A stretch of DNA of 64,000 nucleotides from Eledone cirrhosa (taxonomy: Eukaryota): assembly GCA_964016885.1 (NCBI GenBank), contig OZ024742.1:91822001-91886000 (forward strand), written 5' to 3'. The position numbers and the translations under genes are program-made. Within the stretch, counting starts at the first letter, position 1; every line of letters begins with the position of its first letter. Below are positions 14,049 to 27,000 of this stretch, piece by piece. The notes below the pieces were generated by a model. It saw only the letters and a list, made by a program, of their open reading frames with translations. It was not told the DNA's origin and did not search any database.

Positions 14049-16374
14049 AGAAAATTAGACGAGGCGCTTAGCAAAGGCATTGCGACCGACGTGCTCGCGG
14101 CGAAATTGGCCCTTAACGAATTCTTCAATGCAAAGCACGAAGGCTGCGTTGTCAGAGCTAGGGTGCGTGCTCTTAGACACGAGGGGACGAAAGCAGTTCA
14201 ATGGGCCCGAGTGGCGGAGGCGCGTCGTGGCAACAAAGCCACGATCCGGTCTTTGGTGGACCACGACGGGCGCATGCTATTCGATCCCGGGCAAATGTGT
14301 GAAGCTTTGCAGCGACACTTCGCTCAGCTGTTCGGGGACAGCGGTGGGCCGGGTCGAGGCATGCACTTTAGTGTCTACCTCGACGGACTGCCGCGGCTCT
14401 CGGCCACTAAAGCGGAGTGTTGCGAAAAGCCGATAACAGCCGCTGAAGTAAGGGAGGCAATGACTGGCTGCACAAGGGGTAAATCGCCTGGTTTGGATAG
14501 TCTGCCCTATGAACTTTACGTACAGATGCCAGACTTGTTCGGAGGCCTCTTGGCGGACGTCTACTGCAACTGGCAACCAAACGGGAGAATTCCCAGTTCT
14601 GTAAGCCGAGGAGCGTTGGCACTGTTGAGAAAGGATCTGAACAAGGGGGATAACATAGATAATTTCCGGCCCATAACTCTGCTAAACACAGAGTTCAAGA
14701 TTTTGGCCAAGGTGCTAGCAAAGAGGTTGGCGCTTCTCGTTGGTGGTCTGGTGGGAGAGACGCAGACATTCGCCATTCCCGACAGATCCATCCACGACAA
14801 CCTCCACCTCATGCGATACATCGTAGAGAGGGTAGCTAAGGAACCTGGCACGGGTGGGTCCTTGATCAATTTAGATCAGTCGAAAGCTTTCGATAGGGTC
14901 GACCATCGTTACCTAGCGGCAGTCCTGAGGGCGGCTGGCTTTGGGCCCGTCTTCAGAGGCTGGATCGCTGCCATGCACAGCGACATCTGCTCTGTGGTGA
15001 GAGTGAACGGTCACCTGTCGGAACCGTTCAACATCATGCGCTCGGTCCGCCAAGGATGTCCCCTCTCGTCCCTATTGTATGTATTGACTCTCGAGCCATT
15101 ACTGCACAAACTGGAGACGTTGAGGGGCGTCCCGCGTGAACTAGGATGCGGAAGATCCGTGTCAGCATATGCGGACGATGTCACCGTAGTGGTGTCGAAC
15201 GCCAAACACATCGAGGCGATCGGCACTACACTAAGAGAATACGAAGCGGTGACAGGAGCAATGATCAACCAGGAAAAGTCAGTGGGCCTGCAGCTCGGTA
15301 CCTGGAGAGGCAGGTCCATGCCGTCCAACAGCGTCGTCGGACGCTGGACGGACGGACCGGTTAAATTGCTCGGGGTCTGGTTCGGTCCGGACCTCCAGAC
15401 GGACAAAAACTGGGACGCGTTGACGAGCAGGGTGGCTTCTCTCACCCAGAAATGGGCGGAGAGGAAGCTATCCCTCAAAGGTCGAGCGGAGGTGACTAAC
15501 GCGTACATCGCGTCCGTCATCTACTACCGCCTGAGCGTCGTACCTTGTCCTAAGCCCGGCCTGACTGCGCTGGAGCGTTTGCTCTTTCGCTTCTTGTGGA
15601 AGGGACGCGCTCCGATGGTCAGGCGGTCCATCTGCTGTCAACACCCGCTACGTGGAGGGCTGGGCATGCCGTGGCTGATGATGCGCAGACACGCGCTCAG
15701 GCTACGACATCTCCACCTCTTCATCGACGGTGATCAGGTGTGGTCGCCGTTTGCTAGACACGTTTTTCCCCAGCTCGTCTCCTTGACGGAGCTGCAGTCC
15801 TGGGTCAAGCGAAGACCGAGAAGGAGCCCTTGGAGACTGGAATGTCTTCAGGCGCTCACAGCCCTCGACCAATCGGGCAATGTGATCGGTAGAAACTCCA
15901 CCTTGGCGTTCTATAGGGGATTAGTGGAGGGGAAGAGCGACGACGTACTTGGAGAAATTCTAGGCGTCGACGAAAATCAACTAGCCAATCTCTTCGGAAG
16001 GACTTTCGGGTCAGGGCCTATGGACAACTTCCAGAAATCCCTGGCCTGGCAGTGCTACCGAGGTGCTTTGCCAGTTCGGGATAAACTCTACAGGCATGGA
16101 GGTGCCGTCAGCCGGGCATGTCCGAGATGCGCACAGGGCGACGAAACCGTCCTGCACGCACTCGTCCAGTGTCCGAGCATTGCTGACTTGTGGGTTTATG
16201 TCGAACACCTGCTGTCACGTGTAGGACGGATCCAGCTATCAGCTGAGTCCATCGTGAGGATTACCCTGCCCTCTTCCTTTAGCCGGGAAGGGCAGGCAGT
16301 TTTTATCTGTCTGGTGGCCATGGCGAAAGAGATAGTATGGTGGACACGTTTGAAAGGGCTGAAGACGAGCACTT
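14047..16374 (+). pseudogene. Inverted internal copy of Tx1 ORF2 (RT to zinc finger), segment B
   Basis: 766-aa ORF 14091-16391 with KSPGLDSL, FRPITLLN, DQSKAFDRV, VRQGCPLS, YADD; no endonuclease. Confidence 0.9.
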
Positions 16375-19256
16375 CCGAAGAGATTGGCTAGTTGATTTTC
16401 GTCGACGCCTAGAATTTCTCCAAGTACGTCGTCGCTCTTCCCCTCCACTAATCCCCTATAGAACGCCAAGGTGGAGTTTCTACCGATCACATTGCCCGAT
16501 TGGTCGAGGGCTGTGAGCGCCTGAAGACATTCCAGTCTCCAAGGGCTCCTTCTCGGTCTTCGCTTGACCCAGGACTGCAGCTCCGTCAAGGAGACGAGCT
16601 GGGGAAAAACGTGTCTAGCAAACGGCGACCACACCTGATCACCGTCGATGAAGAGGTGGAGATGTCGTAGCCTGAGCGCGTGTCTGCGCATCATCAGCCA
16701 CGGCATGCCCAGCCCTCCACGTAGCGGGTGTTGACAGCAGATGGACCGCCTGACCATCGGAGCGCGTCCCTTCCACAAGAAGCGAAAGAGCAAACGCTCC
16801 AGCGCAGTCAGGCCGGGCTTAGGACAAGGTACGACGCTCAGGCGGTAGTAGATGACGGACGCGATGTACGCGTTAGTCACCTCCGCTCGACCTTTGAGGG
16901 ATAGCTTCCTCTCCGCCCATTTCTGGGTGAGAGAAGCCACCCTGCTCGTCAACGCGTCCCAGTTTTTGTCCGTCTGGAGGTCCGGACCGAACCAGACCCC
17001 GAGCAATTTAACCGGTCCGTCCGTCCAGCGTCCGACGACGCTGTTGGACGGCATGGACCTGCCTCTCCAGGTACCGAGCTGCAGGCCCACTGACTTTTCC
17101 TGGTTGATCATTGCTCCTGTCACCGCTTCGTATTCTCTTAGTGTAGTGCCGATCGCCTCGATGTGTTTGGCGTTCGACACCACTACGGTGACATCGTCCG
17201 CATATGCTGACACGGATCTTCCGCATCCTAGTTCACGCGGGACGCCCCTCAACGTCTCCAGTTTGTGCAGTAATGGCTCGAGAGTCAATACATACAATAG
17301 GGACGAGAGGGGACATCCTTGGCGGACCGAGCGCATGATGTTGAACGGTTCCGACAGGTGACCGTTCACTCTCACCACAGAGCAGATGTCGCTGTGCATG
17401 GCAGCGATCCAGCCTCTGAAGACGGGCCCAAAGCCAGCCGCCCTCAGGACTGCCGCTAGGTAACGATGGTCGACCCTATCGAAAGCTTTCGACTGATCTA
17501 AATTGATCAAGGACCCACCCGTGCCAGGTTCCTTAGCTACCCTCTCTACGATGTATCGCATGAGGTGGAGGTTGTCGTGGATGGATCTGTCGGGAATGGC
17601 GAATGTCTGCGTCTCTCCCACCAGACCACCAACGAGAAGCGCCAACCTCTTTGCTAGCACCTTGGCCAAAATCTTGAACTCTGTGTTTAGCAGAGTTATG
17701 GGCCGGAAATTATCTATGTTATCCCCCTTGTTCAGATCCTTTCTCAACAGTGCCAACGCTCCTCGGCTTACAGAACTGGGAATTCTCCCGTTTGGTTGCC
17801 AGTTGCAGTAGACGTCCGCCAAGAGGCCTCCGAACAAGTCTGGCATCTGTACGTAAAGTTCATAGGGCAGACTATCCAAACCAGGCGATTTACCCCTTGT
17901 GCAGCCAGTCATTGCCTCCCTTACTTCAGCGGCTGTTATCGGCTTTTCGCAACACTCCGCTTTAGTGGCCGAGAGCCGCGGCAGTCCGTCGAGGTAGACA
18001 CTAAAGTGCATGCCTCGACCCGGCCCACCGCTGTCCCCGAACAGCTGAGCGAAGTGTCGCTGCAAAGCTTCACACATTTGCCCGGGATCGAATAGCATGC
18101 GCCCGTCGTGGTCCACCAAAGACCGGATCGTGGCTTTGTTGCCACGACGCGCCTCCGCCACTCGGGCCCATTGAACTGCTTTCGTCCCCTCGTGTCTAAG
18201 AGCACGCACCCTAGCTCTGACAACGCAGCCTTCGTGCTTTGCATTGAAGAATTCGTTAAGGGCCAATTTCGCCGCGAGCACGTCGGTCGCAATGCCTTTG
18301 CTAAGCGCCTCGTCTAATTTTCTAACTAGTTCTCCCTCTGCTCTATTTTTCTCTATTGCTAAAGCCTTACTAAACCTAATCGATTCTATTCTAATCGCTC
18401 TTTTCAGAGCAAATCACCACTTGTTGTTAACGATGGCCCCCGTCAACGCCCGCTTAACTAGTTCGCTAATCCGGTCACTGTAGGCCTTGCGCGCTGGTAA
18501 GGACGCGTTTAGCTTCCAGTAGCCGGGTCCTCGTCTATGAAGCCTATCTAAGTCAAGCACACAGATCACGAATTTGTGGTCCGTGTAGCTGACTATCTTG
18601 AATTGTGGACAGCCTATGCTAGACCTATCTATTTCCCTACAAAATACTCTATCTAGATATGTTCTGGATGATCCTATGCGATTTGTCCAAGTCCACATTG
18701 GCACATTCGGGAAATCCAATCGGTACCTGTCAGACAGTTCAAAATCCCTGAGCAGGCTGGTGAGGCTCTTGCACACTCCACCCCTATCCGCTAATCCCAC
18801 ACAGTCCCAGCGTGCATCTAAGATCCTGTTCCAGTCGCCCACTAACACTAAAGAGCGGGACGTTCCAAGAAAGGTCTCCAGACGCCGGAAGAAATCAGGC
18901 CGCCCTGCTCCTGTCGGGGCATAGACGGCCACTAGCCTGAAAGCTTGCCCGTCTCCGCTGGTCACGTCCAGCACCACCAACTTACCCTCTTGGTCCAGGA
19001 AGATGGCCCGTATGGCGAGATCCAAACCTCTCCGAAAAAGCACAGCAACTCCTCCCCCCGATCCAGGACGGCTGGGAGATGCGTACACATCGTAGCCGCC
19101 GAAGATCGGTGCGAAGGCCCGTGCTTCGGAGATTCTGGTCTCGCTGATGGCCACTACATCTATGTTTAGTGAGCTGAGGTCGTTGAGCAGGTGACCCTGC
19201 TTCCATGACGACCCCAAGCCACGTGCATTTATGCTGCCTATTCTGAGTGAGGTCAT
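16372..19256 (-). pseudogene. Tx1 ORF2 (APE endonuclease + RT), segment C
   Basis: SINARGL, ISETR, VYAP, GDWN, LDRVF, TDHK APE motifs; in-frame TGA at 18414 (KW*F versus KWWF in copy 2); cut off by the inversion junction. Confidence 0.9.
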
Positions 19257-19290
19257 GTTTAAAATAGAGTAAAAAGATGGGAAAGACCAC

Positions 19291-21391
19291 TTACTGTACT
19301 TTTCGTAGAGGAGGGATGGTTTTTCCATCCCTTTTCACTTGATCGTCTGGTGAAGAGACCGTTGAATCTTCCCTTCGGCTGGTCGTCGGCTCTTCTATGA
19401 GTATGTCCGAATATACTCTTCGGTTGATAGTTCCTCCTAGGTCTCTGAAATCACCAACTGTGTTGGGGAATTTCGTTTTAATGTTTGTGTATTGTTTCTG
19501 TGCTATTTTTAGCAGTCTTATGTTAGTTGGCGTTTTGATTGGTGCTGGTATTATGTAGTCGTGTTGTGAAATGTCTGTGTGTTCAATTATGTAAGTCATT
19601 AGTTTCTTGTTGTGTGTATTTATTGCCGTTCATTTGTTTTTCTGGGGGTGAGTGTGTTTCTGTTATTTTCTTGTCGTTGTTGCTGGGTGTGTGTGTTTTG
19701 TTGTTGTGTTTGCGATGTTGGTGCTTGTGGTGGTGGTGTTGAAGGTGTTGTTGGCGGTGGGGTTATCGCCGGTGGTGATGGTGGTGCTAGTGTGGGTGGT
19801 GTTGGTGGTGTTGCTGCTGTGAGTCTCTTTGCAGTAGAGTTTACCCTTTTTTCATTTCTTTCCTCCCTTTTCAAAGGCGACGATACGCATCTTCTGCGTT
19901 TGTGCCTTCTTACGACCTTTTGCCATCCCTCTCCCACCTCACACTCCATGTCTGATTATGTGAGGTCGGGGAGGGGTACTAGCTCCACTCTTTCACTTGT
20001 TGTTGTTGGTGATGTTTGCACTGGAGTCTCTGTTGCAGCTGCATTTGGTATTGCTGTTGTTGTTGTTAATATTTCCACTGCTGCTGCTGTTTTTGATTTC
20101 CGTGGCGTGGGTATGGGTGCCACGGACCTATCGTTCCTGGTTGCCGCTTGTCCTGTTGCTGGTAACCGTGGAGCCGGTTTCGGAAGGAGGGGGGTTTTCT
20201 CCTTTCTCAGAGTCTTCTCGTTGCAGAAGGCCCTGAGGTGAGTCTTCGATCCACAGCGAAAGCATTTCGGGCGTTTGCCCTCAACACTTATGGGCAGTTG
20301 AGTGCCGTTATCGAAGTCTATCACATCCGGGATAGCTTCGATGCACTCCTGGTTGGTTTGGATTAACATCTCAATGGAGGTGCCAACCCAATCTTCTCTT
20401 ACTTTTTTCTGTACTTGCAGTACAGTTGTTTTGTCCTCGATTCCGACGAGGACAGACGCGGCCAGCCAAGAAGGGGCCATCACGGGGGGGGGGACGTGGG
20501 TCAGTTTGACCCTCACAATTTTTTGCCCGCAGTAGGAGGGCACCAACACCATTTCCTCGCTCCTTAGGGTCACTACGGATTGAGCCTTTGCCTCCTGGGG
20601 TGTGGCAAAAAGTACGTCTACGGTGGCATATTCCTTGCCTCGGGTGATGTGCGTTTTCCGCTGCCACACAGACCCCAAGGCTTTTTGTATTTGAGCCTCT
20701 GTGGCTCTTTCAACCCTACGGGATTTTGTACTTACTGTACGGTACGTGACCGTACAGTGCTGTTGGGTTTCGAAAATGTTTTCCGCTGCCTTGCAGATTG
20801 CTCGGTGTCCAATTATTGTCCCCATCTTCTTCGCTTCCTCTAATTCCTCATTTGTTATGAGGATTGTTTCCAGGTTCTTCGCGATACCTGCAAAGAGATT
20901 GGTTTTTCTTTGCTGCTGTTGTTGTTGTTGTTGTCGTCAGAGCTGCTGTTACTTTTGTTGTTGCTGCAGGTACTACGACTACTGCCGCCGCCGCTGTTGC
21001 TGTGGTTGTTGTTGTTGTTGCTGCTGCTAATGCTGTTGTCGTTTATGCTGCTGCTGATGCTGTTGCGGCTGCTACTGTTGTTTTCATTGTCACTGTTGCT
21101 GTTGTTATTACGGCTGCTACTGCTATTATTCCTGACGTCAGACGAATGAAATGGGTTTTCGTATTTCCCGCACACCTGTTTCGTCGTTGTCGTCGGCGTC
21201 GTGGAGAAATCTTGCACGCTTTGCACGAGACTTTTCTTTTCTGTCGTCGCTTACGAAAGAGAAGGGAGGGAGAGAGACACATTTAAAGAAGGTAGCGAGA
21301 GAGACAATCTTCTCTCTGCTGTAGTGACGATTGAGGAAGAAGAAGACGGAATGAGTGGGAGTGACCTATGAAAATTCTTTTTCGTAGCCAT
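19291..21391 (-). pseudogene. Tx1 ORF1 (gag-like, zinc knuckle), disrupted
   Basis: ORF 19956-20825 with CFRCGSKTHLRAFC; stops and frameshifts; probable ATG at 21391. Confidence 0.8.
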
Positions 21392-21599
21392 GTTGTTTTT
21401 TTTGTTTAAAATAAATATTGGGTACAAAACCCCAATAAGCAGTTATTTAACCCCGAAGGGCCAAATAACGGGCAGAAAGACCCCTCTCACGAGGGGGAGG
21501 GTGTTTTTGTCTACAAGTTGTTTAAACAATTTACAATTGTTATAGCGTTCAAAATTTACAATACCTTACAGAGCCGAGCCTCCGTCAACCATAGCATTC

Positions 21600-21662
<63 letters not shown>
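21600..21662. repeat. (TAA)n microsatellite shared as LINE boundary
   Basis: About 21 units between the Tx1 5' end and the Dong 5' truncation. Confidence 0.95.
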
Positions 21663-21663
<1 letters not shown>

Positions 21664-23313
21664 TGCAAGGGCTATTATCCACTGTGGAGCAGTTCAGTGA
21701 TGACATTAAAATGGAGTTTGGACTAGATAAATGCGCCAAAGCAACGTTCACCAGAGGAAAGCTGCTGAAAAGTTCAGACATTAATCTTGATCGGGGGAAT
21801 GTGATAAGAGAACTTGATCAAGAGGAAACTTACAAATATCTAGGTGTTTGTGAAGGAGACGGAATCAAGCATTCGACAATGAGGGAAAGGATGAGGAAGG
21901 AATGTTACCGCAGAGTAAGAGCAATCTTAAGAACGGAATTGAATGCAAGGAATAGGATCGATGCCATAAACACGCTTGCCATACCAGTAGTAACCTATAG
22001 TTTCAATGTCATCAACTGGTCAAGCACAGAGATCCGTAGGCTCGATACAAAAATTAGAAATTCTTAACCATGCACAGAATGCATCACCCTAAGGCAGATA
22101 CAAATAGAATATATCTCCCTAGGAAAGAAGGAGGACGTGGGTTAATCCAGTTAGATATTGCGTTGAAATCTGCAACAATTGGATTATCTACATATCTAAG
22201 GGAATCACATGATTGGATGATCATACTCGTTTTGAAACACGAAAGCATCAAAAGATCATACTCCATTACAAAAGATGCACAAAGATACAGCAATGGACTA
22301 CAAATTTCAGAAGTCCCATTTACTGCTGAAATGGAAAACACAGAAAAAGCAAAGCAGGTAAAAGTAACTGCAAAGAAAGAACTGCTACAGAAACTGGCTG
22401 AGAAATGGCAAGAAAAGCCTCTGTATGGAAAATACCCAAAACGAGCTAACAATCCTGATGTTGACAACACTTTAACCCATCAGTGGTTGGCATCCTCTGG
22501 ACTGAAATCGGAGACTGAAGGACTGATTATATCAGCACAAGATCAGTGTCTGCCAACAAAAAATTAACAAAGCCAACATAATAAAAATTGGATGCAGCCC
22601 ATTATGCCGTGTATGTAAAAAACAACCAGAGACCATTGATCATATAATTTCAATGTGCAGTCCTATAGCTCCAACCGAATACCTAAACAGGCATGACAGA
22701 GCTGGACAATACATACATTGGATAATGTGTAAGCATTTTGACCTGCCGCATCAAAAGAATTGGTGGGAGCATCAACCACCTCCCATACTTGAAAAAGATC
22801 ACATCTCAATGTTGTGGAACTTGAGCATCCAAACAGACCGAAAAATAGATGCAAATAGACCTGATATAATACTGAAGAACTTTAAAAAGAGGGTATGCCT
22901 GCTAATTGATATGTCCGTTCCAATAGACAAGAATGTATCTATAAAAACATTTGAAAAATTGAGCAAGTATAAGGACCTGGAGATAGAAATTGGAAAAATG
23001 TGGAAATTGAGAACTAAAACAATACCAGTGGTTGTGGGCGCTCTAGGAATGATACCTAAGGGGTCTAATGATTACTTATCGCAAATCCCAGGAAACCCGC
23101 GTATAGGAGAAATACAAAAGATAGTACTAATGGGAACTTCCCATATACTAAGGAAGATTCTGTCAATATAAGTACATCACAAGTCTAAATACCTAAAGAT
23201 GCATGTGTGAGTATGTATGTTCTTTCTTGAACATGGCGGACCTTGTCTCTTGAGGTCACTGGTTGTGACTTGGTGATAACTCGCATGAACATAAAGCAAG
23301 ATAAATGCAGTTG
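21663..23313 (+). mobile_element. 5'-truncated R4/Dong LINE (RT C-terminus, CCHC, PD-(D/E)xK endonuclease)
   Basis: FGLDKC, YKYLG, YLPRKEGGRGL, RHD, RPDII..LIDMSVP..EKLSKYKDL..PVVVGALG; flanked by (TAA)n; stops at 22065 and 22565. Confidence 0.88.
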
Positions 23314-23338
23314 TAATAATAATAATAATAATAATAAT

Positions 23339-23994
23339 CCCACTCTGCAGGATCTGTGGAGAGAGAGAGGAGAATGTGGCTCACATTGTATCCGAGTGTA
23401 AACACCTAGCCCAGACTCACTATAAGGACTGGAGACATGATGTGATGGGCAGGGTGATCCACTGGCACCTATGCAAAGTAAACAATTTACCGCATTCTGA
23501 GAAGTGGTATGAGCATAAGCCAGAGTTGGTGATAGAAAACGATCAGGTGAAGGTGCTGTGGGATTTTAAGATACAGACGGACAAGAACCTGGAACACGAT
23601 AGACCTGACCTGGTGGTTTTGGACAAGGAAAAAAGATCGTGCCTGATTGTGGATGTAGCCTGCCCATTCGACGCGAGAGTGCAAGAGAAGGAGAGGGAGA
23701 AAATTAACCGATACCAGGAATTAAAATGGGAGAAAAAAAGTATTTGGAACTGCCTGAAGTCAAAGTGGTCCCGATTGTCATAGGCGCACTAGGTACTATC
23801 TCAAAACGTTTCCAGGGATTGTTAAAGAAAATTGGCCCCGCCCCGCTTTTTGGAACGCTTCTAAAGGCATGCTTGCTGGGAACAGCGAGAACCCTCAGAT
23901 ACGTCCTGAATATCTGAGGCTGCAGGTAGTGGCTTGATATTCATTTCAACAAACTTTCCAGTTAACTAACATCAATGACTGAGACTCAAAGAAC
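23339..23994 (+). mobile_element. Second, divergent 5'-truncated R4/Dong LINE
   Basis: PLCRICGEREENVAHIVSEC, WRHD, RPDLVV..IVDVACP..EKINRYQEL, PIVIGALG; (TAA)n on both sides. Confidence 0.85.
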
Positions 23995-24015
23995 AATAAT
24001 AATAATAATAATAAT

Positions 24016-27000
24016 ACTTTCTTTATTAACCACAAGGGTTTACAAAAAGTAGACATTAAGGATAGTACAGGACAATACAGGACGGTACAAATGAGCATTT
24101 TTGCGCGTAAAAAAAAACAGAGGATGTAACAAACAAATAACAATGAGAAATTCTCCAATAGGGGGGAGATTTCCGAGGGACATTTGTGGAGAAAGCCCAT
24201 TAAAAGGCCACAGTGACCCTAACCACCAGGGCAAGTGCCCTCTCCCAATTTTCCACCTTTAATTTACAGACACATACTCAGAGGCATACTTGCTTCTCGC
24301 ACCCATCTTTCAACAAATTGCTGGGAAGAGAGCACTTCCCTCTCTACCCTGATTTTCCTTTTCAAATGAAATTTGAAAAAGTTAATCAGGGCATCACCGA
24401 AGAGGTAAGTGCTCGTCTTCAGCCCTTTCAAACGTGTCCACCATACTATCTCTTTCGCCATGGCCACCAGACAGATAAAAACTGCCTGCCCTTCCCGGCT
24501 AAAGGAAGAGGGCGGGGTAATCCTCACGATGGACTCAGCTGATAGCTGGATCCGTCCTACACGTGACAGCAGGTGTTCGACATAAACCCACAAGTCAGCA
24601 ATGCTCGACACTGAACGAGTGCGTGCAGGACGGTTTCGTCGCCCTGCGCGCATCTCGGACATGCCCGGCTGACGGCACCTCCATGCCTGTAGAGTTTATC
24701 CCGAACTGGCAAAGCTCCTCGGTAGCACTGCCAGGCCAGGGATTTCTAGTTGATTTTCGTCGACGCCTAGAGTTTCTCCACGTACGTCGTCGCTCTTACC
24801 CTCCACTAATCCTCTATAGAACGTCAATGTGGAGTTTCAACCGATCACATTGCCGGATTGGTCGAGGGCTGTGGGCGCCTGAAGATATTCCAGTCTCCAA
24901 GCGCTCCCTCTCGGTCTTCGCTTGACCCAGGACTGTAGCTCCGTCAAGGAGACGAGCTGGGGAAAGACGCGTCTAGTAAACGGCGACCACACCTGATCAC
25001 CGTCAATGAAGAGGTGGAGATGTTGTAGCCTGAGCACGTGTCTGCGCATCATCAGCCACGACATGCCCAGCCCTCCACGTAGCGGGTGTTGACAGCAGAT
25101 GGACCGCCTGACCATCGGAGCGCGTCCCTTCCACAAAAAGCGAAAGAGCAAACGCTCCAGCGCAGTCAGGCGGGCTTAGCGCATGGTACGACGCTCAGGC
25201 GGTAGTAGATGACGGACGCGATGTAGGCGTTAGCCACCTCCGCTCGACCTTTCAGGGATAGCTTCCTCTCCGCCCATTTCTGGGTGAGAGAAGCCACCCT
25301 GCTCGTCAACGCGTCCCACTTTCTGTCCGTCTGGAGGTCTGGACCGAACCAGACCCTTAGCAATTTAACCGGTCCGTCCGTCCAGCGCCCGATGAGGCTG
25401 TTGGACGGCATGGACCTGCCTCTCCAGGTACCGAGCTGCAGGCCCACTGACTTTTCCTGGTTGATCGTTGCTCCTGTCTCCACTTCGTATTCTCTTAGTG
25501 TAGTGCCGATCGCCTCGATATGTTTGGCGATCGACACCACTACGGTGACATCGTCCGCATATGCTGACACGGATCTTCCGCATCTTTGTTCGCGCGGGAT
25601 CCCCCTCAACGTCTCCAGTTTGTGCAGTAATGGCTCGACAGTCAATACGTACAAGAGGGACGAGAGGGGACATCCTTGGCGGACCGAGCGCATGATGTTG
25701 AACGGTTCCGAAGGTGATCCTTCACTCTCACCAGAGCCGATGTCGCTGTGCATGGCAGCGATCCAGCATCTGAAGATGGGCCCAAAGCCAGCCGCCCTCA
25801 GGACTGCCGCTAGGTACCGATGGTCGACCCTATCGAAAGCTTTCGACTGATCTGAATTGATCAAGGACCCACCCGTGCTAGGTTTCCTAGCTGCCCTCTC
25901 TACGATGTATCGCATGAGGTGGAGGTTGTGGATGGTTCTGTCGGGAATCGCGCATGTCTGCGCCCCTCCCACCAGACCACCAACGACAAGCACCAACCTC
26001 TTTGCTAGCACCTTGGCTAAAATCTTGAACTCTGTGTTTAGCAGAATTACGGGGGCCTGAACATATCTATGTTATCCCCCTTGCTTCCATCCTTTCTCAG
26101 CAGCGCCACCGCTCCCCGGCTCACAGAGATGGGAATTCTCCCGTTCTGTTGCCAGTTGCAGTAGACGTCCGCCAAGAGGCCTCCGAACAAGTCTGGCATC
26201 TGTACGTAAAGTTCATAGGGCAGACCATCCAAACCAGGCGATTTACCCCTTGTACAGCCAGTCATTGCCTCCCGTACATCAGCGGCTGTTATCGGCTTTT
26301 CGCAACACTCCGCTTTAGTGGCCGAGAGCCGCGGCAGTCCGTCAATGTAGACACTAAAGTCCATCCCCCGATCCGGCCCGCCACTGCCCCCGAACAGCTG
26401 TGCGAATTGTCGCTGAAAAGCTTCACACATTTGCCAGGGATCGAGTAACATGCGCCCGTCGTGGTCCACCAAAGACCGGATCGTGGCTTTGTTTCCACGA
26501 CGCGCCTCCGCCACTCGGGCCCATTGAACGGCTTTCGTCCCCTCGTGTCTGACAACGCAGTCTTCGTGCTTTGCATTGAAGAATTTGTCAAGGGCTAATT
26601 TCGCCGCAAGTACGTCGGTCGCGATGCCTTTGCTAAGCGCCTCGTCTAATTTTCTAACTAGTTCTCCCTCTGCTCTATTTTTCTCTATTTCTAAAGCCTT
26701 ACTAAACCTAATGGACTCTATTCTAATCGCTCTTTTCAGAGCAAACCACCACTTGTTGTTGCCGATGGCTCCCGTCAACGCCCGCTTAACTAGTTCGCTA
26801 ATCCGGTCTCTGTAGGCCTTGCGCGCTGGTAAGGACGTGTTTAGCTTCCTGTAGCCGGGTCCTCGTCTATGAAGCCTATCTAAGTCAAGCACACAGATCA
26901 CGAATTTGTGGTCCATGTAGCTGACTATCTTGAATTGTGGACAGCCTATGCTAGACCTATCTATTTCCCTACAAAATACTCTATCTAGATATGATCTGGA

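Larger units (their letters stand above)
11409..21599 (-). mobile_element. Tx1/L1-like non-LTR retrotransposon copy 1, near full-length, with internal inverted triplication
   Basis: ORF1 with CCHC knuckle; ORF2 APE + RT (YADD) + C-terminal CPRC..H..C finger; AATAAA near the 3' end; (TAA)n at both ends. Confidence 0.92.

Noticed and set aside
14091-16391. Stand-alone 766-aa RT gene
   Set aside because: Internal inverted copy of Tx1 ORF2 with a non-ATG start and no endonuclease
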